From Candidatus Micrarchaeota archaeon (GTDB lineage Archaea > Micrarchaeota > Micrarchaeia > Micrarchaeales > CABMGC01): a stretch of DNA of 16,852 nt. The notes beneath the pieces were generated by a model. That model had not been told where the DNA came from. It made no database searches and saw only the letters and a list, made by a program, of their open reading frames with translations. Positions within the stretch are counted from its first letter, which is position 1, and the number at the start of each line of letters is the position of its first letter. Made by a program: the position numbers and the translations under genes. The stretch covers positions 1 through 16,852 of the forward strand of contig DAHVMJ010000016.1 of the NCBI GenBank assembly GCA_027319905.1, given 5' to 3'. Positions 1-7,980 of this stretch are shown here, piece after piece.

Positions 1-312
1 GCCCACACGCTTGCCCCTGATCAGCTCCGATATGCGCCTCCTCGACGCCTCCGGATCGTACTTCCTGCCGACTACTGTCATGAAGCTCGGCTTCTGGCTC
101 TCCGCGATCTCGTACTCAAGAGGGTTGGTGATGAGGGTGAGGCGTTTCCTTGTTGCTATGAGCACATCGCCCTCGAAGACGCCGCCCAGGAAGCCCGTAA
201 GGTAGCGGAAGTTGGGGTAGTTGACATCAGTGTTCACGATGCAGACCGCGCTCGCTCCCCTAATCTCAGAGAAGAGCCTACTGCGCCTATTTCCCAACCA
301 GCTTCTTGCCAT
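1..312 (-). CDS. M24 family (Xaa-Pro) aminopeptidase/dipeptidase, N-terminal creatinase-like domain; partial, runs off the window start
   Basis: Not in the ORF track. Manual translation from ATG at 312 gives MARSWLGNRRSRLFSEIRGASAVCIVNTDVNYPNFRYLTGFLGGVFEGDVLIATRKRLTLITNPLEYEIA..., open to base 1. NFRYLTGF is typical of the Creatinase_N domain. Overlaps the NUDIX 3' end by 26 nt. Confidence 0.8.
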   Translation of the reverse strand, partial: MARSWLGNRRSRLFSEIRGASAVCIVNTDVNYPNFRYLTGFLGGVFEGDVLIATRKRLTLITNPLEYEIAESQKPSFMTVVGRKYDPEASRRRISELIRGKRVG

Positions 313-760
313 GTATCTCACGCTCTATCGTTCTCTCTATGAATTGCTTGTCAACAAAAGCATTAGTATATTCGCGTTCGCGCCTTATGTCAGCCAGGGT
401 GGCCCACCTATAAGCGGTATTCTCGATGTTCAGCCTGACGCGCGCTGTGCGCGACCTGAACACGTACAGAGTGTCTGTGAACCTCCTGCCGTTCCTTACG
501 TGGAACTTGGCCACGCCGCTGAACCGAGCGGGAAGAGTTAGGTCCTTCTTGCCTATCCGCGTCTCCTCCTCTATCTCCCTGTACGCCGCCTCATCATAGC
601 TCTCGCTCGATTCCCTCTTGCCTGACGGGAAGAGCCATAGGCCCCTGTAGAGCACGAACGGCAGCCCGATCTTCTTCAGCACTAGTACCTTGTCGCCGTG
701 CACTATGATGGCGGTTATGCCCTTGTCGCCGCGTGCCCGCGGGTCAACGTTCGACCTCAT
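287..760 (-). CDS. NUDIX hydrolase
   Basis: Nudix box G-KRESS-E-SYDEAAY-REIEEET-RI, preceded by W-x-FP; 157 aa. Confidence 0.9.
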   Translation of the reverse strand: MRSNVDPRARGDKGITAIIVHGDKVLVLKKIGLPFVLYRGLWLFPSGKRESSESYDEAAYREIEEETRIGKKDLTLPARFSGVAKFHVRNGRRFTDTLYVFRSRTARVRLNIENTAYRWATLADIRREREYTNAFVDKQFIERTIEREIHGKKLVGK

Positions 761-798
761 AATAGCATATATACTTATCCCGGGAAATCTTATAAGAG
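761..798. promoter_or_regulatory. Compact divergent archaeal promoter region (NUDIX / nre)
   Basis: 38-bp AT-rich gap. TATATA at 768-773 is about 26-31 nt upstream of the nre GTG, and TTATAA at 790-795 is about 30 nt upstream of the NUDIX ATG on the minus strand. Confidence 0.5.
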
Positions 799-2022
799 GT
801 GGCGGAAGTGTTCGAGGCGGAGGCGGAGCTGACGGTAAAGCGCACGCCCATAGCCTATCTGAACATGCGCGATCCCCACATACTCAAGTACTACTACAGG
901 TTCAAGACGCTCTCGCTGATGGACAAGGAGGACATATCCGGCAACTCGCCTCCTGACATCTTCGTGGGCAGGATCGGCTACCCCAACGTCTTCGTTGGGC
1001 CGCTTGTGCCTCCCATCATGGGCGATACCAGCGAGATGGGCATGCCCGAGACCTGGGTGAACAAGACCATACCCGAGATAGTCGAAGCCAGGAGCATGCT
1101 CGTGCGCGGCATGATGAAGGAGAACATACACAACGTCGAGACCGGCAGGATGAGCGGCATGCTGCAGGAGCTCGCTATCGCGGACAGGTTCGCCGGCGTG
1201 GAGATGCAGCTCAAGCACAAGCCCAACCTTACGATAAAGTTCGACGAGAACAGCCAGCCCTTTGGCCCCAGCGCGCCGCTGAAAGGGATGAGCGTGGGCA
1301 ACACGAAGGCGAACAAGCAGATGGAGAAGGCATACTTCGACACCTCGATGAAGGCGAGGGAGGGCATAGTAGAGCTCTACAACAAGGGCGTGGAGGTAAG
1401 CAGGATACAGAAGATACTCGCTGCAGGGGGCCTCGGCCTCGGGAAGGGCAGGAAGTTCGTGCCTACCAGGTGGAGCATAACCGCAGTTGACGATACCCTG
1501 GGCAAGCACCGCCTGCTGGAAGTCAAGGAGAGCGACCAGCTGGAGCAGATAACCGTATTCGAGGACGTGGCACTTGACAACCGCTGGCTAGTGCTGATGT
1601 TCCCAGGAGCGTGGAGCTACGAACTCGTAGAAGCGTGGTACCCGAACACCACCTGGAACCAGGACACGAAGAACATAGCCATATTCTCGAGCAGCGAGTT
1701 CTTCGCTGGCAGGAAGACCTACGCAGAGATAGGCGGCTGCTACTACGCGGCGAGGCTTGCCAGTTCCGAATACCTGAACAGGATAGGCAAGCAGGCAAGA
1801 GTGGTCATACTGAGGGAGACGCACCCGGGCTACATCATGCCGGTGGGCGTGTGGAACGTGAGAGAGCACGTCAGGGCAGCGCTGAAGACCGAGCCCCTGC
1901 ACTTCGACTCGCTGCAGAGCACGCTCCAGTTCATAGGCCAGAGGATGGCCATACCGACAAGCGAGTGGATAAAGAACAGCACCGTGCTGAGGGACATCAT
2001 ACACCAGAGGACGCTGACATAA
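799..2022 (+). CDS. nreA: Archaeal DNA repair protein Nre (NreA/DUF650-DUF651 family)
   Basis: Family motifs SPPDIFVGRIGYP, VPTRWSITAVD, IGGCYYAARL, PVGVWNVRE; C-terminal QRTL resembles a shortened PIP box. Confidence 0.93.
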   Translation: MAEVFEAEAELTVKRTPIAYLNMRDPHILKYYYRFKTLSLMDKEDISGNSPPDIFVGRIGYPNVFVGPLVPPIMGDTSEMGMPETWVNKTIPEIVEARSMLVRGMMKENIHNVETGRMSGMLQELAIADRFAGVEMQLKHKPNLTIKFDENSQPFGPSAPLKGMSVGNTKANKQMEKAYFDTSMKAREGIVELYNKGVEVSRIQKILAAGGLGLGKGRKFVPTRWSITAVDDTLGKHRLLEVKESDQLEQITVFEDVALDNRWLVLMFPGAWSYELVEAWYPNTTWNQDTKNIAIFSSSEFFAGRKTYAEIGGCYYAARLASSEYLNRIGKQARVVILRETHPGYIMPVGVWNVREHVRAALKTEPLHFDSLQSTLQFIGQRMAIPTSEWIKNSTVLRDIIHQRTLT

Positions 2023-2169
2023 AAGCGGAACTTTAAACCAATTATATATGCGCGTGTTCCGATTAAAGCCTCATTTTCCGAGAGAGGGAAAGGAAAGGGC
2101 GCCACATGACTTTAAACGAATCGATTAAAGAACTTGAGGGGCTATAATAGTATAATAGCGGTAGTAGTC

Positions 2170-3015
2170 ATGGCTGAAAACACAAATAACATCAAAATAA
2201 GGAGGCTCAGTGTGTTTGGAGTATATGGCATGGCGGGCGACATTGCCTACTTGCTTAACAGAAACAGAAAAGACCCCATTGTCTACGAAAATGGTTCAGT
2301 ATCTAAAAATAACCGAGGTTACATTCTTTTTACACTTCAAGATTTAGCAAATGCGTTTGAGAGATATGGGATATTACAAGCTCAGAAGGTAGAACTTAGA
2401 AAATTAGCTGAGCGTTACGAAGAAAAGTACATCAATAGTGTTTCTAAAAATATAGACGAGGAAGACTACGACGACCTACAAAGTGTCGTGAGCGAGGTAG
2501 AAGCTGTTTTCAAAAACTATTTATGGGAGAATGATTTTACAAACTCCAGAACGACAGTAGGGAGGTTAAATTACAATAAATTATTGTCTGATGGACCTGC
2601 TTCACTTTTTGAAGACGAATCGCTAACTAACGAACTTGAAAGTAATTGCGACTTTGTGGTTTCAGATTTAAAAGACGCAATTAAATGCGCAGCATTCGGA
2701 CTGGCAAATCCGTGTGTTTTCATGTCTCTACGAGCTGCAGAGGGAATGACAAAGTACGCCTATGAAAAGATCTTCAAACAGCCTCCTTCAGAGGATATGG
2801 ATTGGAATGATATCCAAAAAGAAATATCTGACAAGTTAGGAGACGGGGCTCAATTAAAAGAATTGGATGGGCACTTTCATTTTATAAGACAAAAAAGAAA
2901 TGATGCTGCGCATCCACCGATAAGATTTAAACAGTTAGACGCCGAGGACACGCTAATAAATGTGAGCTTTGCCATCAAAGAATTGAGCAGGCTTTCTCAA
3001 AAATTACTATCGTAG
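2170..3015 (+). CDS. HEPN-domain protein (putative RNase effector, DUF4145-like C-terminus)
   Basis: Likely start is ATG 2170 (track starts at TTG 2134). C-terminal DLKDAIKC...VFMSLRAAEG helix and RxxxxH motif RNDAAH at 2896-2913. Confidence 0.72.
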   Translation: MAENTNNIKIRRLSVFGVYGMAGDIAYLLNRNRKDPIVYENGSVSKNNRGYILFTLQDLANAFERYGILQAQKVELRKLAERYEEKYINSVSKNIDEEDYDDLQSVVSEVEAVFKNYLWENDFTNSRTTVGRLNYNKLLSDGPASLFEDESLTNELESNCDFVVSDLKDAIKCAAFGLANPCVFMSLRAAEGMTKYAYEKIFKQPPSEDMDWNDIQKEISDKLGDGAQLKELDGHFHFIRQKRNDAAHPPIRFKQLDAEDTLINVSFAIKELSRLSQKLLS

Positions 3016-3027
3016 AATCGATAAGCG

Positions 3028-3711
3028 CTACTTAAGCAGATCGAATTTGAAGTCCTCCAAAATTAAGATTATGAAAAATGCTATCAACCCTAATATGTGT
3101 GGATTCAATGGGGTAAAGCCGAGTTCTTGGATGTACAGTGAGTAGTAAAGTTTAACTCCTTCGAATGCTAGTGGGATCATCAAAATAACAAGTAATATTA
3201 GGAGAAAGTAGCCGATTATTCTTTTTCTTCGGGTGATTTGGTTGCTATACGATCTTATTCTTTTTCTGGTTTGTACAGCGAAGTTCATCACATCTGAAAT
3301 AAAAAATAGTAGAACAAATACGAAAACAGAGATTGAGACTATTGAACTGCCCGCTCCAGGAATGTGAATAAAGAGCAAATCTACAAAAGACACGGCATAT
3401 GTGGCAAGTATGCTTGATGCCAAAACTTCGGATATCAGCAACTTGCGATGTCTTGATTTGAGGTATATTTCCGTAATGAATAATATTACCAAAGTGAGTC
3501 CTATGTTGGATTGATAATTGCCTTCAAAATAAGAATTAAATGGAGATGTGAACAATCTGATTGCGTTAATTATTATGGCGTTTCCACTTAAATACGGGGT
3601 GATTATCGCAGTGATATAAGTAAACAGTAACAAAAATGCCGCATATACCACAGTTAAATTTATCATAGAATAGATTTCTGCTAAAGGAACTTTTTTACCT
3701 AAAATCTCCAT
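3028..3711 (-). CDS. Polytopic membrane protein, rhomboid-like intramembrane serine protease
   Basis: About 6 hydrophobic segments. RLFTSPF resembles rhomboid WRLxTxxF, N in NYQSNIG matches the TM2 position, GAGSS is a GxS motif at a TM start, and PHILG resembles AHLGG in the last TM. Confidence 0.55.
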   Translation of the reverse strand: MEILGKKVPLAEIYSMINLTVVYAAFLLLFTYITAIITPYLSGNAIIINAIRLFTSPFNSYFEGNYQSNIGLTLVILFITEIYLKSRHRKLLISEVLASSILATYAVSFVDLLFIHIPGAGSSIVSISVFVFVLLFFISDVMNFAVQTRKRIRSYSNQITRRKRIIGYFLLILLVILMIPLAFEGVKLYYSLYIQELGFTPLNPHILGLIAFFIILILEDFKFDLLK

Positions 3712-3717
3712 AGAGTT

Positions 3718-5850
3718 TCACGAATTCAGGGCGTTGAATGGCTTCATGATTAATACCTTGTACTTGCTGCTTGTTATCTCTTCTATCTCCTTCTTGACCT
3801 TGTGGCTGTTGGTCACGAAGACAAGGTCGTAGCCCTTCTTCTCGGCCTTGTTCGTGCACTGGAATATCTCGCTCCTTATCGAGTTCGTCTGGATCTCGTA
3901 GGCCGTAATCAGGTAAGGGTCCCACGCTCCCTTCTCCCTCGACTTGTGCAGCCTACCAACGTCGAAGGCATCCTTGTCCTTCAGCACGAAGGCAAAGTCG
4001 CCCTCGTTCTGTATCTTCTCTATGGTCTTGCGCATGAGCGCCGCATGCGTCTCCGAGCCGGCATGTACGCCCTGAGTAGCCACCAGCAGGTGTGGATCCA
4101 CGAGCTTCAGGGCCTTGCCAGTGAGCACAGAGTCTTCGGTCAGGTAACCGTCCGCCTTGGCCCTCTCGGCCAGGGAGAGTACACCGGAGCCGCCGTATAG
4201 GGTCCTGCTGCTGGTCACCCATCCCTTCTCCTTAAGCATGCCTATGGTATCGCTAGGCTTGCCCATGGCCCTCATGGCCAGCAGGAACCGGTAGACGCTC
4301 ACGCTTGGTATCTGCAGGCCTATCGCGCTGAGCAGCGGGCCGCTGACCAGGCCCTTGGAGGCCCTGGGCACAGGTTCCGGCACCTTAGTCTCGGATATCT
4401 CCACCCTCTTTATCGCGTCCTTGAGCTTGTTCCGCTCATCCTTCTTGACCATCTCCACCTCCAGGTAGGCCGCGTTGGGCTTGCCGCCCTGTATCGCGTT
4501 CTGGTCGAAGAGGAGGCAGCTCCCGACGGGCATGCGGTGCAGTATGTCCTTCTCCAGCTCGGTCATCTGCAGCGCCGAGTAGAGCCTGCCCAGCGTGTTT
4601 GGCTCGTGGTAGGAGAAGATGAACTTCAAGGCCGTGTTCGATACTATCGCGTCGGGCAGGTCCTGGAAGAGCTGCGTGCTGATTATGAGCCCGAAGCCGT
4701 ACTTCCTGCCCTCCCGCACTATCTTGGTTATGTTCGTCTCCTTGCCGAAGTAGTTCAACAAGGCCTGATAGGCGTCGTCCAGCGCGACGAAGAGCCTTAT
4801 GCCGCGCTCGGCCTTGAACTCCTCGGTTATGCGCTGCATTATCGTGTGCGTGACCAGCTTCTTCTCTGTGTCGGTCAGCCCGTGCAGCTCCACCACGTTG
4901 CAGGTCTTGTCGTAGTTGTCCCAGAAGGCTATCGGCTCATTGCCGAAGATCTCGAATGCCTGCCTGAGCTTGTTGGTTATGTACGTCAACTGCAGCTTGG
5001 TCTCCTTGTAGCGCTCGTGCAGCACCTGCTCCTGCAGCGTGTCGTGTAATTGCTGTATCGTGGGCTCCTTGCCCTGCTGGTAGAATTGGGTGATTACCTC
5101 ACGGACCTTCTGGGCCTGCAGGTCGGTGAGCGCCAGGCCTATCTGGAGCAGCTCAGCGGCTATGCCCGCCCTCCTCTCATGGTTCATGCCCCTGAGCGAG
5201 AAGAGGTTGATCCTGAGGTTGTAGGGAACCTGCCAGGTGTTGACCCCCAGGCCCTTGTACGCTCCTGACCAGTCGATTATCAGGAAGGGTATGCCCAGCC
5301 TGAGGTAGGCCCTGGCCAGGAAGGTGTTGATCAGCGTGCTCTTGCCCGATCCCGTCTCTCCTATGACCATGGCGTGCGGGTTGGGCTCGCTCTTCACCTG
5401 CAGGTCGTAGACGCCTTTGGAGCCGGCCAGTACCGCCTTGCCGGTCGTCGGGTCACCCATAGGCTCTGCGCGTATGTAGACTGGATGCGGATACTCGTAG
5501 CCCACAGGTATGCCGTTGTGCCTGTGCCTCTTCACCATGTCCTTGGTCATGGCGTAGAGGTAGAACAGTATGCCTGTGACGGCGACCCAGGTGATGAAGC
5601 TTATGTAAGCAGGCGTATTCATCAGAACCGCTATTATCGGGTAGAAGAGCTGCAGGACCGCAAAGAAGAGCAAGCTATCGGTGAGCCTGGCAATCCTGCC
5701 ATGACCCTTCTTCACGTAGGCGAAGAAGTCGTCTATTATTCGCTTGCTGCTCTTCAGCCTGTTCCTGAGCGTGACTGCGGCGAAGAAGACTGCGAAGATG
5801 TAGACCCCGAACAGGAAGAAGTCTGCAAGTAGACTCGTCGTATCCCCAAT
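3718..5850 (-). CDS. Membrane-anchored HerA/VirB4/FtsK-like ATPase (DUF87-type) with a C-terminal PD-(D/E)XK-like domain
   Basis: Walker A PHAMVIGETGSGKST, IIDWSG, degenerate Walker B LFVALDDAY, REGRKYGFGLIISTQ, N-terminal TM helices, C-terminal H...FD...AYEIQ. Track start is GTG 5715, but the frame stays open and coding-like (one more TM) to ATT at 5850. Confidence 0.85.
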   Translation of the reverse strand: MGDTTSLLADFFLFGVYIFAVFFAAVTLRNRLKSSKRIIDDFFAYVKKGHGRIARLTDSLLFFAVLQLFYPIIAVLMNTPAYISFITWVAVTGILFYLYAMTKDMVKRHRHNGIPVGYEYPHPVYIRAEPMGDPTTGKAVLAGSKGVYDLQVKSEPNPHAMVIGETGSGKSTLINTFLARAYLRLGIPFLIIDWSGAYKGLGVNTWQVPYNLRINLFSLRGMNHERRAGIAAELLQIGLALTDLQAQKVREVITQFYQQGKEPTIQQLHDTLQEQVLHERYKETKLQLTYITNKLRQAFEIFGNEPIAFWDNYDKTCNVVELHGLTDTEKKLVTHTIMQRITEEFKAERGIRLFVALDDAYQALLNYFGKETNITKIVREGRKYGFGLIISTQLFQDLPDAIVSNTALKFIFSYHEPNTLGRLYSALQMTELEKDILHRMPVGSCLLFDQNAIQGGKPNAAYLEVEMVKKDERNKLKDAIKRVEISETKVPEPVPRASKGLVSGPLLSAIGLQIPSVSVYRFLLAMRAMGKPSDTIGMLKEKGWVTSSRTLYGGSGVLSLAERAKADGYLTEDSVLTGKALKLVDPHLLVATQGVHAGSETHAALMRKTIEKIQNEGDFAFVLKDKDAFDVGRLHKSREKGAWDPYLITAYEIQTNSIRSEIFQCTNKAEKKGYDLVFVTNSHKVKKEIEEITSSKYKVLIMKPFNALNS

Positions 5851-5912
5851 AGATAATTATGCAGAAGAAGAGATATAAGCTTTTACTTAAGTAAAAGATT
5901 AGTGTTGAATGG
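5851..5912. promoter_or_regulatory. Divergent promoter region containing the perfect 18-bp palindrome CTTTTACTTAAGTAAAAG (5880-5897)
   Basis: Minus strand has AAAAGCTTATAT (BRE/TATA-like) with TTATAT 28 nt upstream of 5850. Plus strand has TTAAGTA about 26 nt upstream of GTG 5913. Confidence 0.6.
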
Positions 5913-7502
5913 GTGTCAGTTTTGGAAGAAAGAGTTGACGTGCTGGATGGCACTCCATCCAAGCGATTTTTACTTTCGATTATAGCTGACTATGACATCA
6001 ACAAAGCGGTATGCGAACTTATTGATAATGCAATAGATATCTGGACTGCAAATGGCAAACATAAAGAGTTACTTATTAACGTTGATATTGATATTAATCA
6101 ACAAAATATCAAAGTAAATGACGATGCAGGAGGAGTAAAGGAAGAAAATCTAAGCTCGTTAATTTCGCCAGGTCAAACACAGAACTCTCCGGAAAGTGAA
6201 ATAATAGGTTTGTTTGGAGTTGGAACCAAACGAGCAGTTGTCGCGTTAGGACAAGATGTAACTATTCTAACTCGTTACAAGAATAACAAGACCTTCAGGA
6301 TAAAATTCGACGATGCTTGGTTAGAGGACAGCACAGGGTGGACATTACCATATTACCAAGTAGACAACATACCTGACAACAGCACAGTTATAGAGATTCA
6401 GAAGCTAAGAAGCGTAGTTACTGAAGAAATAATTAAAAAGTTGATTGCGCATTTGGGAGCAACGTATTCGCGTTTTCTGAGTTCAAAAGCAAATATTTCA
6501 GTAAATGGCGAAAGAGTTACTCCTTTGAGTTTCGAAAATTGGGCGTACCCTCCTGAATATTTACCTACAAGTTTCTATGGAACCGTACCGGGCACAGAAG
6601 ATAATCCTGTCAAAGTAGAAATACTGGCAGGACTGTCATCTGAATCAAGTCCGGCGTCTGGAGAATATGGGGTATATGTATATTGTAATAACAGACTCAT
6701 TGCTGGTGGGCTTAAGACATATGCGGTAGGTTTCGGTAGTGGTCTTGCGGGATTGCCGCATCCTAGTCTTTCTTTAATGAAGGTCATAATTTCTCTAACT
6801 GGACCTGCGAAATTAATGCCATGGAATAGCAGCAAGTCTGACATCAACGCCGCCCATCCGACTTTTAATTCTATTAGAAAATGGGTCTTCGCTATAGTGA
6901 AAGATTATGCTTCTTTGTCTAGAAGACTTGAAGGTAGATGGTCCAGTAAGGTCTTCAAGTACAAAAGTGGCAATATAAGAAAAAGAAAAATAACTGATTT
7001 TGATGAGTTAACACAGGATTATTTTCCACCTTTGCCGGTATCTAAACCAAGATATGCGATACGCGTCAAGACTGCTAACACAAAAATCGGATTAAAAAAA
7101 CCATGGACAGTTGGGCTGTATGAAAGCATAGTCGCAGTCGATTTAATTTCAAAACAGAACCTCGAGCAAAAAAATAGAATTTGTTTGCTTATATTAGATA
7201 GCACACTGGAAATTGCTTTTAAGGAATATTTAGTTAATGAATCCGGACGATCTTACAGCAATCCGGCTCTTCTAAAGCTATTTAATAACAGAGAGGATGT
7301 CCACAGAGAGATCAGAAATTTTAAATCGTTAAACTCATTTAAACAGGGAAATGTGTGGAAGCTTATTAAATATTATTATGATATGCGGTGTGACTTAATC
7401 CACAGGAAAACAACAGTACAAGTGCGCGACAAAGACATTGAAGTGTACAGAAAAGTTGTTGAATATGCGCTTAAAGAATTATTTGGTAAGCTCAGGTTTT
7501 GA
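5913..7502 (+). CDS. GHKL (MORC/HATPase_c_3-like) ATPase fused to a C-terminal HEPN-like domain
   Basis: GHKL motifs ELIDNAID, DDAGG and IGLFGVGTK; S5-like region (YGVYVYCNNRLI, MPWNSSKSD); C-terminal LLILDSTLEIAFKEYL ... YYDMRCDLIH with RxxxxH at 7386-7403. Confidence 0.85.
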   Translation: MSVLEERVDVLDGTPSKRFLLSIIADYDINKAVCELIDNAIDIWTANGKHKELLINVDIDINQQNIKVNDDAGGVKEENLSSLISPGQTQNSPESEIIGLFGVGTKRAVVALGQDVTILTRYKNNKTFRIKFDDAWLEDSTGWTLPYYQVDNIPDNSTVIEIQKLRSVVTEEIIKKLIAHLGATYSRFLSSKANISVNGERVTPLSFENWAYPPEYLPTSFYGTVPGTEDNPVKVEILAGLSSESSPASGEYGVYVYCNNRLIAGGLKTYAVGFGSGLAGLPHPSLSLMKVIISLTGPAKLMPWNSSKSDINAAHPTFNSIRKWVFAIVKDYASLSRRLEGRWSSKVFKYKSGNIRKRKITDFDELTQDYFPPLPVSKPRYAIRVKTANTKIGLKKPWTVGLYESIVAVDLISKQNLEQKNRICLLILDSTLEIAFKEYLVNESGRSYSNPALLKLFNNREDVHREIRNFKSLNSFKQGNVWKLIKYYYDMRCDLIHRKTTVQVRDKDIEVYRKVVEYALKELFGKLRF

Positions 7503-7548
7503 CAAATATGGTATTAAAGGCATGTGGACATTACTTAATGGGGGTTGA

Positions 7549-7914
7549 TTGTTGGATTCAAACACCACTCTGGAAGATCTAAAGCGAGTAGTCAAGAAGT
7601 ACTGCGAAGATCGCGACTGGGATCAATATCACAACCCAAAGGAGCTGGCCGTAGGGGCTGTGACGGAGGCGGCAGAGCTACTGGAGCCGTTCAGGTTCAA
7701 GTCGGAACAGCAAATGGAAGCCATGCTCAAGGATCCGAAAGCGCGCGAGGAGATAAGCGAGGAGATGGCAGATACTGTATATTTCGTGCTTAGACTCGCT
7801 CAGAAGTATGACATTGATCTTTCCTCAGCATTCGAAAAGAAAATGGAGAAGAACATCAAGAAGTATCCGGTGGAGAAAGCCAGAGGGTCAAACAAGAAAT
7901 ACGACGAACTCTGA
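7549..7914 (+). CDS. MazG-like nucleotide pyrophosphohydrolase (dCTP pyrophosphatase/RS21-C6 type)
   Basis: RDWDQYHNPKELA...TEAAELLE...EEMAD...IDL...KMEKNIKKYP signature; TTG start at 7549 or 7552. Confidence 0.92.
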   Translation: MLDSNTTLEDLKRVVKKYCEDRDWDQYHNPKELAVGAVTEAAELLEPFRFKSEQQMEAMLKDPKAREEISEEMADTVYFVLRLAQKYDIDLSSAFEKKMEKNIKKYPVEKARGSNKKYDEL

Positions 7915-7928
7915 GTCCCGCTATTCTT

Positions 7929-7947
7929 AAGTATAGTTACTATACTT
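7929..7947. promoter_or_regulatory. Inverted repeat AAGTATAGT-T-ACTATACTT, candidate operator upstream of the HxlR-type regulator
   Basis: Perfect 9-bp arms with a 1-nt spacer, ending 33 nt before ATG 7981. Confidence 0.55.
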
Positions 7948-7980
7948 TTAGATAGGCTAGAAAGCATCTTTTTCTAATAC

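Noticed and set aside
11..2105. Overlapping/antisense ORFs (11-205, 221-541, 690-956, 790-1509, 978-1367, 1377-1580, 1523-1798, 1588-2004, 1611-2036, 1830-2105)
   Set aside because: Shadows of the GC-rich peptidase, NUDIX and nre genes; no recognisable motifs.
2118..3022. GAATCGAT on both sides of the first HEPN gene (2118-2125, 3015-3022) as a target-site duplication
   Set aside because: Only 8 bp with no supporting transposase or terminal repeats; chance cannot be excluded.
3695..5962. Alternative-frame and antisense ORFs over the ATPase (e.g. 3802-4200, 4537-5049, 5374-5832, 5675-5962)
   Set aside because: Explained by codon bias of the real minus-strand gene. 5675-5962 is out of frame with the coding-like extension and crosses the promoter region.
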